Positions 10,896-20,556 of a DNA stretch of 64,000 nt are shown piece by piece; positions within the stretch are counted from its first letter, which is position 1; every line of letters starts with the position of its first letter. The notes beneath the pieces are model-generated. The model was given only the letters and a program-made list of their open reading frames with translations. It was not told the DNA's origin and did not search any database. The position numbers and the translations under genes are program-made. Source of the DNA: Spirochaetia bacterium (GTDB lineage Bacteria; Spirochaetota; Spirochaetia; SZUA-6; Bin103); NCBI GenBank assembly GCA_965199955.1, contig CBDATQ010000001.1, positions 1,760,001-1,824,000 on the forward strand, written 5' to 3'.

Positions 10896-11256
10896 AGATC
10901 AGGCGACCCCGTTCACGGATGGATGCGGCATGGGCCGGATACGCGTTCTCGAGCTGCACCAGGTCCACTTCGAACCCGGTAAGTTCACATGCCTCCCCAT
11001 AGAGCGCCAGGAAGTCTTCGGATGAGGCGATGCCTTCGACAGCGATGTCGATGTCGGACCTCTCTGAGACGGCGCGCGGGTGCAGGAGCGATCCCCACTG
11101 GTAAATCCTTTTCGGATGGTACTTTTTGACTACCAGATCGACGATGCGGTCGAAGTCGCGGCGTGCAGCCTGCAGTCGCCCTTGGAGCGCCTCGCGGCGC
11201 GTCTCTTCTCTGCGGTGCAGGAATCGCCGTGCCGATCCGTAGTCGAAGTCACTCAT
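10882..11256 (-). CDS. Minimal nucleotidyltransferase (MNT) antitoxin
   Basis: WGSLLHPRAVSERSDIDIAV (GSX10DXD) and VDLV motifs. Confidence 0.8.
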   Translation of the reverse strand: MSDFDYGSARRFLHRREETRREALQGRLQAARRDFDRIVDLVVKKYHPKRIYQWGSLLHPRAVSERSDIDIAVEGIASSEDFLALYGEACELTGFEVDLVQLENAYPAHAASIRERGRLIYERT

Positions 11257-11283
11257 CGGCACGCAGTGTAGCACTGCGTCCGG

Positions 11284-12258
11284 TCAGGCCCAGACGGCCA
11301 AGTCGCCGAACACCGAGCGCAGGCGCTCGGCGTACTCGTCGGGGAGCTCCAGGCTCTCCATGCAGGCGACGTTGGCGTCGAGGTGCTGGAGGTTGGTGGT
11401 GCCGGTCAGGACCGTGTGGATGTCCGGATGGCGGGCGGCGAAGCGGTAGCCGGCGGTGATGACGGAGTCGACGCTGCCGCCGACCAGCCAGCCCAGCGGA
11501 TCGTCGTCGTCCAGGGCGTCTTCGGCGATCAGCTCGTTCCGTTTCAGCTCGGCGATCAGCGCGCGGAGCTGGGCCGGCTGGGAGAGCTTCGAGCGCACCG
11601 CGCTCATGCAGACGACGCCGGCGCCGTGCCGCCGTGCCAGCGGGAGCGCGCGCTTGGCCGCGAACTGGTTGAGGATCCCGTACTTGAGCGAGATCACGTC
11701 CCAGGAGTCTGGGTGGCGTTCGAGCGCCAGCGAGACCGCCTCGTGAGCGGGGTCGACGATGTAGCGCTCGCTGATGCCGCGGTAGCGGATCTTGCCCTCG
11801 GCGCGCAGGCGGTCGAGCACCGGGATGAACCGTTCGGCGACCTCCTCGTACTGCTCGGGACGCACGCCGTGCAGCTCCATGATGTCGATGACGTCGGTGC
11901 GCAGGCGCCGCAGGCTCGCCTCGACCCCGCGGGTGAGCGACTCCGGATCGGTCTGGATCGGCGCGTCGGCGCCCCCAACCCCGGCCGGGGACCAGCGCGG
12001 CGAGGGCGCCCACTTGGTCAGCAGCAGGTAACGGTCGCGCGGCACGCCGGCCAGGGCCTCGCCGAGGAGCGCCTCGCTCTCCCCGTAGTTCTCGGAGGTG
12101 TCGAAGAGGTTGATGCCGTGGGCCAGGCAGCGGTGCACCAGGGCGGCGCGCTGCGGGCGCTCGCCCGCCTCCGGGGCGCCGAACCCGCTGGGGCCGCCGG
12201 TGCCGAAGGAGACCAGCGAAACCGAAAGGCCGGTGCGGCCGAGCGTACGGAACTCCAT
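11284..12258 (-). CDS. Aldo/keto reductase
   Basis: LGRTGLSVS, GINLFDTSENYG.SE, SLRRLRTDVID, EGKIRYRGIS. Confidence 0.9.
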   Translation of the reverse strand: MEFRTLGRTGLSVSLVSFGTGGPSGFGAPEAGERPQRAALVHRCLAHGINLFDTSENYGESEALLGEALAGVPRDRYLLLTKWAPSPRWSPAGVGGADAPIQTDPESLTRGVEASLRRLRTDVIDIMELHGVRPEQYEEVAERFIPVLDRLRAEGKIRYRGISERYIVDPAHEAVSLALERHPDSWDVISLKYGILNQFAAKRALPLARRHGAGVVCMSAVRSKLSQPAQLRALIAELKRNELIAEDALDDDDPLGWLVGGSVDSVITAGYRFAARHPDIHTVLTGTTNLQHLDANVACMESLELPDEYAERLRSVFGDLAVWA

Positions 12259-12279
12259 CCTCGGCTCCTGTGCCGGGTG

Positions 12280-13194
12280 TCAGACGCTGGTCATGCCGGC
12301 GTCCGCCGCGGCCTGGTCCAGCAGTCGCATGTCGGAGTCGGACAGCGCCGCGATCGGCGCGCGCGTGCACCCGCCCGCCAGACCGCGCTTGTTGGCCAGG
12401 TAGCGCAGCGCGGCGGCCGGCGTGGCGGCGGCGGCCGCGAACGCGCGCCGGATGCTGTTCACCTTTCGCTGAATCGCGCGCGCCTGCGCCAGGTCGCCGG
12501 CACGGACGCAGTCGTACAGGCTGATGCACTCCCGGCCCAGCATCAGCGGAGAGATGCCGTAGTTGGCGTCGGCTCCCATCACCAGTGCCGGCAGCGCCCG
12601 CGGCTCCTGCCCGTTGGTCACGAAGAAGCCGTCCCGGCCGTCGGTGCGGTCGATCAGGTCGATCAGCTCCGTGAGGTCCAGGCTGGACTGCTTGATGGTC
12701 ACCACGTTGTCGAGCCGGCTCAGCTCCACCAGGAGCGACACCGACATGTTGATCGCGACGCGCGGCGGGTTGTTGTAGATCGTGATCGGCAGCTTGCTCT
12801 CGGCCGCGATGCGACCGAAGTGCCACCGCAGGTCGTCGTCGCAGGGGCGCAGGTAGTGGGGCGGCGTCATCATCACGCCGTCCGCTCCCGCACGGGCGGC
12901 GGCTTCGCCGAGCTCGATCACGGTGTCGGTGCGCGCGTGCGCGGTGCCGGCGATCACCGTGCAGCGGCCGGCCGCCTGCTCGACTGCCACCTCGTACAGG
13001 CGGATGCGCTCCGGCTCGCTGAGCAGCGGGAACTCCCCGAACGAGCCGGTGAGGGTGATGCCGTGGATGCCTTCGCCGATCAGGTAGTCGATGTTGGTGC
13101 GCATGCCCTGCTCGTCGACGCTGCCGTCGGCGTTGAACGGGGTCAGCAGGGGCATGATGTAGCCGCGCAGCGGCGCGGGACGGTCTGCGGACAT
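12280..13194 (-). CDS. Dihydrodipicolinate synthase/N-acetylneuraminate lyase family aldolase
   Basis: LLTPF, GSFGEF, YNNP and IKQS (Schiff-base Lys); RBS GAGGAG upstream. Confidence 0.88.
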   Translation of the reverse strand: MSADRPAPLRGYIMPLLTPFNADGSVDEQGMRTNIDYLIGEGIHGITLTGSFGEFPLLSEPERIRLYEVAVEQAAGRCTVIAGTAHARTDTVIELGEAAARAGADGVMMTPPHYLRPCDDDLRWHFGRIAAESKLPITIYNNPPRVAINMSVSLLVELSRLDNVVTIKQSSLDLTELIDLIDRTDGRDGFFVTNGQEPRALPALVMGADANYGISPLMLGRECISLYDCVRAGDLAQARAIQRKVNSIRRAFAAAAATPAAALRYLANKRGLAGGCTRAPIAALSDSDMRLLDQAAADAGMTSV

Positions 13195-13304
13195 TGAACG
13201 CTCCTCGTGCGTATTCACCCGAGCTTCGCGCAATGCGGGCGGAGCGGCAAGATCCGGGAGCCCGTCGCGCGTACGCTCACCGCGCCGCGGGGTACGATGC
13301 GGCG

Positions 13305-15431
13305 ATGGCTGAAGCGCCCCGACGCTACCGCGTCGCCGTGGACATCGGCGGCACCTTCACCGACCTGCTGATCCTGGACGCGGAGAGGCAACGCTGCCAC
13401 GTGGGCAAGGTGCTCACCACCGTGCCCGACCCGTCGGCCGGCGTGCTGCAGGGGATCGCGGCCCTGCTGGAGACGAGCGGGGTGGCGCCGCCAGGCATTG
13501 GCGGCGTCATTCACGGTACGACGTTGGTAACGAACGCCCTGATCGAACGGCGTGGGGCGCGCACCGCGCTGCTCACCACCGCCGGCTTCCGCGATGCGCT
13601 GGAGATCGGCACCGAGGGCCGCTACGACATCTACGACCTGGGGCTCGTCAAGCCGGCGCCACTGGTGGAGCGCCGGTTGCGCTTCGAGGTGCCGGAGCGG
13701 ATGAACGCGGCCGGAGCGCCGCTGCGGACGCTGGACCCGGCGGTCCTGGAGCCGATCTGCGACGCGCTGCAGGCCGAGGGCATCGAGGCGGTAGCGGTGT
13801 GCTACCTGCACGCGTACGCCAACCCTGCGCACGAGGTCGCAACCGCCGAGTTTCTGCGGGAGCGGCTGCCGATCCTGCCGGTGACCCTGTCGCACCGGGT
13901 GGCGCCGGCCCTGCGCGAGTACCAGCGCGCATCCACGGCGGTCGCCAACGCCTACGTGCAGCCGCTCGCCGCCGGCTACCTGCGCGGGCTGGAGGACGGA
14001 CTGCGCCGCGCCGACGTCGCCGCACCGGTCCACATCATGCTGTCCACCGGCGGGACCGCGACGGTCGAGACCGCCGCCGACGTCCCCATCCGCCTGGTGG
14101 AGTCGGGGCCGGCCGGCGGCGCGCTGGCCGGCGCGTGGTGGGGCCGCCTCACCGGCCACGACGAGGTGCTGGCGTTCGACATGGGCGGCACCACGGCCAA
14201 GGCGGTGTTCACCGCGCACGGCGAGTTCGCGGTGACCGCCGAGTCGGAGGTGGCGCGCGTGCACCGCTTCAAGCGCGGCAGCGGGCTGCCCCTGCTGATG
14301 CCCACCATGCAGATGATCGAGATCGGCGCCGGCGGCGGCAGCATCGCCCGGCTGGGTGACCTGGGACTGCCGGCCGTGGGCCCGCGGAGCGCCGGCTCCG
14401 AACCGGGGCCCGCCTGCTACGGGCGCGGCGGGCGCGAGCCCACGGTCACCGACGCCGACCTGCTGCTGGGCTACCTGGATTCGCACGCCTTCGCCGGCGG
14501 CACCATGACGCTGGACATGGGCGCCGCCCGCGCATCCTTCGGAGAGCTCGCGGCGGCCCTGGAGATGGATGCCGCGCGGGTGGCGTGGGGGATCCACGAC
14601 CTGGTCAACGAGAACATGGCTGCGGCCGCCCGCGTGCACGCCGCCGAGCGGGGCCTGGACACGCGGCGCTACGCCCTGGTGGCGACCGGCGGCGCGGGAC
14701 CGCTGCATGCCTGCGGCGTGGCGCGGCGCCTGGGGCTCGACACGGTGGTGATCCCGCCCCTGGCCGGCGTGGGCTCGGCGTTCGGCTTGCTGCTGGCGCC
14801 GCTCTCCTTCGACCTCACGCGCAGCTACGTGGCGCGGCTCGACCGGATCGAGCGCTCGACGCTGGCGGCGATCCTGGAGGAACTGGAGCGGGAGGGGCGC
14901 GAGCGCGTGGGGGCGGCGGGCGTGGCGGACGATCGGATTGCCGTACGGCGATCCGCTGACATGAGATACACGGGGCAGGGCTACGAGATCCGGGTGGAGG
15001 TGCCGCCGGGCGTGCCGGACGCCGCCCTGCTGGAAGACGTGCGGCGGAGTTTCGAGCAGGCATACGTGGCCTTCTACGGCGAGCTCTGCGACGGCGTCCC
15101 GTTGGAGGCCGTCAACTGGCGGGTCTCCGTGGAGGGGCCGCGCCCCGACCTCGGCCAGGTGCCGGAGCACATGGCAGTGCGTGGTGCCGTGGACGAAGCT
15201 CCCGGCGTGGAGCCGCGGCGCCGCGATGCGCTGTTCGACGGCACGGGTGCCTTCCTATCCACGCCGGTCTATCAGCGCCACCGGCTGTCGCCGGACTTCG
15301 CCGCCGAGGGGCCGGCCATCATCGAGGAGGCGGAGTCCACCACCGTGGTGCCGCCGGGCTGGAGCGTGGCCGGCGGCGCGGGCGGCTGCCTGCTGGTGCG
15401 TTCCACCTCGGCTGCGGGAGGCGTGTCATGA
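13305..15431 (+). CDS. Hydantoinase A/oxoprolinase family protein
   Basis: VDIGGTFTD, HGTTLVTNALIER, ESGPAGG, FDMGGTT, IGAGGGSIA, PTVTDAD. Confidence 0.92.
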   Translation: MAEAPRRYRVAVDIGGTFTDLLILDAERQRCHVGKVLTTVPDPSAGVLQGIAALLETSGVAPPGIGGVIHGTTLVTNALIERRGARTALLTTAGFRDALEIGTEGRYDIYDLGLVKPAPLVERRLRFEVPERMNAAGAPLRTLDPAVLEPICDALQAEGIEAVAVCYLHAYANPAHEVATAEFLRERLPILPVTLSHRVAPALREYQRASTAVANAYVQPLAAGYLRGLEDGLRRADVAAPVHIMLSTGGTATVETAADVPIRLVESGPAGGALAGAWWGRLTGHDEVLAFDMGGTTAKAVFTAHGEFAVTAESEVARVHRFKRGSGLPLLMPTMQMIEIGAGGGSIARLGDLGLPAVGPRSAGSEPGPACYGRGGREPTVTDADLLLGYLDSHAFAGGTMTLDMGAARASFGELAAALEMDAARVAWGIHDLVNENMAAAARVHAAERGLDTRRYALVATGGAGPLHACGVARRLGLDTVVIPPLAGVGSAFGLLLAPLSFDLTRSYVARLDRIERSTLAAILEELEREGRERVGAAGVADDRIAVRRSADMRYTGQGYEIRVEVPPGVPDAALLEDVRRSFEQAYVAFYGELCDGVPLEAVNWRVSVEGPRPDLGQVPEHMAVRGAVDEAPGVEPRRRDALFDGTGAFLSTPVYQRHRLSPDFAAEGPAIIEEAESTTVVPPGWSVAGGAGGCLLVRSTSAAGGVS

Positions 15432-17182
15432 TCGACCCCATCACGATCGACCCGATTACGCTGGAGGTGCTGCGCAACCGGCTGATCTCCATCGTCGACG
15501 AGCAGGCGGCGGCCCTGATCCACGCGTCCTTCACCACCGTGGTGCGGGAAGCGGGCGACCTGTCCGCCGGCGTGTTCGACGCCCGCGGGCGCATGCTGGC
15601 GCAGGCGGTCACGGGCACCCCCGGCCACATCAACACCATGGCCAACTGCGTGCGCGACTACGTGGTGCCCCGCCATCCGCTTGCGTCTCTGAGCCCCGGC
15701 GACACCCTGATCACCAACGATCCGTGGGCCGCCTCCGGGCACCTGTTCGACTTCACCGTGGTCACGCCGGTGTTCCACCGCGGCCGCGGCGTCGGCTGGT
15801 TCGCCAACACCTGCCACGCCACCGACATCGGCGGCCTGAGCATGGGCGCGGACGCCACCGAGGTGTTCGAGGAGGGGCTGGCCGTGCCGCTGCTGAAGCT
15901 GTTCCGCGGCGGCGAGCCCAACGGCGAGCTGCTCGAGATCGTCCGCGCCAATGTGCGCATGCCGGACATGGTGATCGGCGACCTGTACGCGCAGCACACC
16001 GGCAACCTGGTCGGGGCGCGCAAGCTCGTGGAGATGCTCGACGAGTACGGGCTCCCGGACGTGGAGGCAATGGGCGAGGCGATCCTCGACCGGACCGAGG
16101 ACGCGGTGCGCGCCGCGATCCGGGAGATTCCCGACGGCACCTACCGCAGCGCCGTGGCCATCGACGGCTTCGACGATCCTCTGCGGATCGAGTGCCGCGT
16201 GCAGGTGACCGGCGACACGATCGCCATCGACTACGCCGGCAGCTCGCCGCAGGTGGAGCGCGGCATCAACGTGGTCATGAACTACACGCACGCCTACTCC
16301 ACCTACACGGTGATGACGGTGGTGGCGCCGGCCATCCCCAACAACGAGGGCGCCTTCCGGCCGATGACGATCACCGCGCCGCCGGGATCGATTCTCAACT
16401 GCCGCCGGCCGGCCGCGGTGGCCGCCCGCCACCTGATCGGGCACTTCGTGTCGCAGCCGATCCTGACCGCCCTGGGGCAGGCGGTCCCGGAGCGGGTGAT
16501 GGCCGAGGGGTCGGCCGGCCTGTGGAACACCATGCTGGAGGGCAGGACCGGGCAGGACGGCGAGCTGTTCGCCTACATCTTCTTCTCCGCCGGCGGCATG
16601 GGCGCGCGGGCGCACCGCGACGGCCTGTCGGCGACGGCGTTTCCGTCAGGCATCACCGGCGTGCCGGCCGAGGCGATCGAGGCGGTGGCGCCGGTGATGC
16701 TGCACCGCCGCGCGCTGATCCGGGACTCCGGCGGTGCCGGGCGGTTTCGCGGCGGGCTGGGGCAGGAGATGGAGCTGGAGGTGGTCACCGGCCACGCGGC
16801 AGTCCACTCGCCGATGTACGACCGCACGCGCATCCCGGCGCGCGGCTTCGCCGGCGGCGAGGACGGCAGCGCGGGAGAGGTCGTGCACAGCGACGGCCGC
16901 GCGCTGCACCCCAAGAAGCGCTATACGCTGCAGCCGGGGGAACGGTTCACCTTGCGCCTGCCGGGCGGCGCAGGCTACCACCCGCCCTGGCAGCGCGATC
17001 CGGCGGCGGTGGCCGAGGACGTGCGCCAGGGCTACGTGTCAGTGCAGGCCGCCGCGCAGCGCTACGGCGTGGTGATCGATCCCGCGACCGGCGCCGTCGA
17101 CCACGCCGCCTCCGTGCGCCGCCGGCGTGCCCTCGCCCTCACACACCGTGACCGGATCGACCCGCCGCGCGTGCGCGAGTGA
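15428..17182 (+). CDS. Hydantoinase B/oxoprolinase family protein
   Basis: DPITLEV, REAGDLS, TNDPW..SGHL.D, HATDIGG, DSGGAGRFRGG; ATGA overlap with subunit A. Confidence 0.92.
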   Translation: MIDPITIDPITLEVLRNRLISIVDEQAAALIHASFTTVVREAGDLSAGVFDARGRMLAQAVTGTPGHINTMANCVRDYVVPRHPLASLSPGDTLITNDPWAASGHLFDFTVVTPVFHRGRGVGWFANTCHATDIGGLSMGADATEVFEEGLAVPLLKLFRGGEPNGELLEIVRANVRMPDMVIGDLYAQHTGNLVGARKLVEMLDEYGLPDVEAMGEAILDRTEDAVRAAIREIPDGTYRSAVAIDGFDDPLRIECRVQVTGDTIAIDYAGSSPQVERGINVVMNYTHAYSTYTVMTVVAPAIPNNEGAFRPMTITAPPGSILNCRRPAAVAARHLIGHFVSQPILTALGQAVPERVMAEGSAGLWNTMLEGRTGQDGELFAYIFFSAGGMGARAHRDGLSATAFPSGITGVPAEAIEAVAPVMLHRRALIRDSGGAGRFRGGLGQEMELEVVTGHAAVHSPMYDRTRIPARGFAGGEDGSAGEVVHSDGRALHPKKRYTLQPGERFTLRLPGGAGYHPPWQRDPAAVAEDVRQGYVSVQAAAQRYGVVIDPATGAVDHAASVRRRRALALTHRDRIDPPRVRE

Positions 17183-18753
17183 CAGGGCACGCTGCCGCGT
17201 GCCAGCCTCGTGCGGCCATGGCGAGAAGGCAGAGCGTCGCCAACCGGCCCAACGTGGTCTTCATTCTGGCCGACGACCTGGGGTGGTGCGACCTCGGCAT
17301 CGAAGGGAGCCGCTTCTACGAGAGTCCGCACATCGACCGCTTGGCCAGTGGCGGGATGCGCTTCACCCAGGGCTACGCTGCCTGTCAGGTGTGCAGCCCC
17401 TCGCGTGCCAGCATCCTGACCGGCAAGTACCCACCGCGCCACGGGGTTACCGACTGGATCGGCGCCCCGGCCGGCGCAGCGTGGCGTAACCAGGGCCGGC
17501 ACAGCAAGCTGTTGCCTCCCGAGTATGAACGCAGCCTGAGAGCAGACGAGATTACCTTTGTCGAGGTGTTCCGGAGAGCCGGCTACCGCACGTTTTTCGC
17601 CGGCAAGTGGCACCTCGGCGACACCGGCGCCGATCCGGAGGACTTCGGCTTTCAGATCAACAAGGGGGGTTGGAGGGTCGGATCGCCCAAGGGCGGGTAC
17701 TTCGCCCCGTGGGACAACCCGAAGCTGGAGTCGGGCCCCGACGGCGAATCGCTGCCGCTCCGGCTCGGCAGGGAGACCGCACGCTTCATCAGCGATCATC
17801 GAGACCAGCCGTTTCTCGCCTATCTGTCGTTTTACTCGGTGCATGGACCGATCCAGACCAGCCGGGAGCGCTGGGCGCGGTTTCGTGCAAAGGCGTGTGC
17901 TCTCGGAGCACCGGGGCGACGGTTCCTGTTCGATCGGAACCTGCCGGTTCGGCAGGTGGCCGACTGCCCGGTCTATGCGGGCATGATCGCCGCCATGGAC
18001 AAGGCAGTCGGCCTGGTGCTCGATGCACTGGATCGGTTCGGGCTCGCCGAGAACACGATCGTCTGCTTCACGTCCGACAATGGCGGCGCCTCTTCCGGCG
18101 ACTCCTACTCCGCGTCGATGTTGCCCCTGCGCGGCGGCAAGGGGCGCCAGTGGGAGGGCGGGATTCGCGAGCCCTTCCATGTCCGCTTTCCCGGGTTGGT
18201 GAAGCCGGGGACCACCTGCGAGGTGCCGGTATCGGGCATCGATTTCTATCCCACGCTCCTGGAGCTGGCAGGTCTGGGCATACCGGCCGAGCAGTTGATC
18301 GACGGGCGCACCCTGGTCCCGCTTCTGCGGAGCCGGCCGGACCCGGCCATTTCGGAACGCGACCTGTTCTGGCACTACCCCCACTACGGCAACCAGGGCG
18401 GCGATCCCTCATCGATCGTCAGACGCGGGCCATGGAAGCTGATTCACTACCACGAAGACCGTCACAACGAGCTGTATGATCTGAGTGCCGATCCCGGAGA
18501 GCGGCATGACGTCCTGAGCGACCGGCGCGACACCGCCGAGGAGTTGTGGCTGCGCCTGGAACGTTGGCTCGACGAAGTGGAGGCGAAGTTTCCGGCGTCC
18601 GACCCGCAGTACGATGCGGCCGAGGATCAGGCGCGTGTGCATCGGCTCGAGCATGAACTGATGCCCGAGCTGGAGGCGCAGCACGCGGCCTATCTCGACC
18701 CCGACTGGCAGCCGAACGCCGACTGGTGGGGCAGCCAGGTCACCGCCGACTAG
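17179..18753 (+). CDS. Formylglycine-type sulfatase
   Basis: PNVVFILADDLG, CSPSRASILTG (CxPxR), GKWHLG, TSDNGG; alternative start ATG at 17218; no clear signal peptide. Confidence 0.92.
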   Translation: MTGHAAACQPRAAMARRQSVANRPNVVFILADDLGWCDLGIEGSRFYESPHIDRLASGGMRFTQGYAACQVCSPSRASILTGKYPPRHGVTDWIGAPAGAAWRNQGRHSKLLPPEYERSLRADEITFVEVFRRAGYRTFFAGKWHLGDTGADPEDFGFQINKGGWRVGSPKGGYFAPWDNPKLESGPDGESLPLRLGRETARFISDHRDQPFLAYLSFYSVHGPIQTSRERWARFRAKACALGAPGRRFLFDRNLPVRQVADCPVYAGMIAAMDKAVGLVLDALDRFGLAENTIVCFTSDNGGASSGDSYSASMLPLRGGKGRQWEGGIREPFHVRFPGLVKPGTTCEVPVSGIDFYPTLLELAGLGIPAEQLIDGRTLVPLLRSRPDPAISERDLFWHYPHYGNQGGDPSSIVRRGPWKLIHYHEDRHNELYDLSADPGERHDVLSDRRDTAEELWLRLERWLDEVEAKFPASDPQYDAAEDQARVHRLEHELMPELEAQHAAYLDPDWQPNADWWGSQVTAD

Positions 18754-18799
18754 CGGTGGTATCCGTGGACATCAGTTTGATGGGGTACTACGGTGAGGC

Positions 18800-19204
18800 A
18801 TGAGCCAAGGTCGGTTCTTTGCGCGCGACGAGGTGGAGCGCGATGCGTTGGAGGGGTACGAGCTGGGCTGGCACAGCCGGCCGCAGACCACTGCGGCCAG
18901 GGAGCTGGTGGTCATCGAGGTGAAGCTCGAGCCCGGCGGGGGCCACAACTTCCACCGCCACCCCAACCAGGAAGAGGTGATCTACGTCCTGGACGGCGAG
19001 GTCGAGCAGTGGGTCGACCGCAGCAGCCGGACGTTGCGTGCGGGCGACTCGGCGTTCATCCCCGCCGCGATGGTGCACGCCTCTTTTAACGTGTCCGGGG
19101 CGCCCGCGAAGCTGCTGGCGATCCTCGCCCCCTGCATTGGCGAGGAGGGGTACGAGCTGGAGGAGGTGCACGAGCAACTCCCCTGGAGCGGGCTGCGCTC
19201 CTGA
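18800..19204 (+). CDS. Cupin domain protein
   Basis: FHRHPNQEEVIYVLDG..GDSAFIPAAMVH. Confidence 0.85.
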   Translation: MSQGRFFARDEVERDALEGYELGWHSRPQTTAARELVVIEVKLEPGGGHNFHRHPNQEEVIYVLDGEVEQWVDRSSRTLRAGDSAFIPAAMVHASFNVSGAPAKLLAILAPCIGEEGYELEEVHEQLPWSGLRS

Positions 19205-19219
19205 GCCGCCGTCCCGGCC

Positions 19220-20230
19220 TCAGCGGGGCCTGAAGCGGGCGATCACGTCGTCGGCATAGGCGTGGTTGGCGTCGCGCGTCCGGCCCGCGGCGTGCGGGGT
19301 GTGCGCGACGTTGTGACGGCCGATCAGGGGTGAGTCGAGCGGCACCGGCTCCGCGTCGAACACGTCGGCGGCCAGCGCCAGCTCGTCGTTCAGCACGCGC
19401 CGGTACAGGGCGCGCGTGTCGCACACCGCCGCTCGGGTGACCTGCACCACCAGGCCGTGCATGGGCAGGGCGTCGATCAGCTCCGCGGTGATCAGGCCGC
19501 GGGTCGAATCGGTGAGCGGCACCATGGGCACGAAGATCTGCGCGTCGGCGACCAGCTCGTCGACGCGGAAGCGGCGCTCCGCGCGGGCCGCCACGAACGT
19601 GGCGTCGGGCGCGAACGGATCCCAGGCCGCCACGTCGGCGCCCAGCGCCGCGCACCAGGAGGCGTAGCGGGCGCCGATGTTGCCGACGCCGACCACGCGC
19701 ACCCGCTTGCCGGCGACGGTGCCGTTGCAGAACCGCGGGTCGTCGCAGAACTGGGACCCGCGCACCCGGCCGGCGCCCGCTTCAGGCGAGTAGTCCCACG
19801 GCGCCAGGCTGCTCTGCATGGCGGTGTGGTTCTGCGGAATCCGGCGCAGCCCACAGATGGTCATCGCCAGGGCGTACTCGGCCACGGTCTGGCCCCAGTA
19901 CACGTCCGCGCGGTGCGGGATGATGCGCACGCCGCGCGCCTCGGCCGACGTGACCGCCTCCTGGGAGCGGTGCTGCTGGCCGAGGTAGCACTCCTCCAGA
20001 GCGGTGAAGGGGTCCAGGTCGCTCGCGTGGAGTTCGAACCCCAGCAGCACCAGCCGATGCACCGAGCCGGGATCCGGCACCAGGAGCGCCGGGGCGGCCC
20101 CCGAGTCGGTCCGTATCAACTCGCACTCGCCGCGTTCCTCCCAGCGGCGCTGCCAGTGATCGGCCGTGTAGGGCCAACTGCGTTCGAACTGTCGGTGCAC
20201 GCAGATCACCGAACGTACGTCGCCTTGCAT
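19220..20230 (-). CDS. D-isomer-specific 2-hydroxyacid dehydrogenase family protein
   Basis: VAEYAL, GVGNIG Rossmann motif, PLTDSTRGLI, DVFDAEP, TPHAAG. Confidence 0.85.
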   Translation of the reverse strand: MQGDVRSVICVHRQFERSWPYTADHWQRRWEERGECELIRTDSGAAPALLVPDPGSVHRLVLLGFELHASDLDPFTALEECYLGQQHRSQEAVTSAEARGVRIIPHRADVYWGQTVAEYALAMTICGLRRIPQNHTAMQSSLAPWDYSPEAGAGRVRGSQFCDDPRFCNGTVAGKRVRVVGVGNIGARYASWCAALGADVAAWDPFAPDATFVAARAERRFRVDELVADAQIFVPMVPLTDSTRGLITAELIDALPMHGLVVQVTRAAVCDTRALYRRVLNDELALAADVFDAEPVPLDSPLIGRHNVAHTPHAAGRTRDANHAYADDVIARFRPR

Positions 20231-20320
20231 GATGGGCATTGTACTACCACGTGACGTGGTGGGGAGACGGCCCGAGCCGCTGAGACCGGAGAGTCGAGGC
20301 GGCCTTGCGGCCGGTGGCGG

Positions 20321-20471
20321 CTACGGCCCCGGTGCCGGCCGCTCCCAGAGATTCAGCAGCTCGGGGGAGGTAGCCAGGTCCAGGCCGATCGCCCGGAACT
20401 GGCGTAGCGCGGCCCGGATCGACCACCTCGTCCAGGGTCTCGCAGACCCGCTTCCCGTCTATCGTCAGCAT
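20321..20471 (-). pseudogene. Internally deleted gene remnant, possibly isochorismatase/cysteine hydrolase
   Basis: GGAG RBS then MLTIDGKRVCETLDEVVDPGRAT, joined out of frame to a C-terminal-like ..DLATSPELLNLW..* segment. Confidence 0.35.
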
Positions 20472-20556
20472 GACCCGTGCTCCATGACGGGCAACGATAG
20501 CGTGCCGGCGCAGGGCGTCAACGCGCACCCGGCGCATCCGGTATGCTCTGGCCCCC

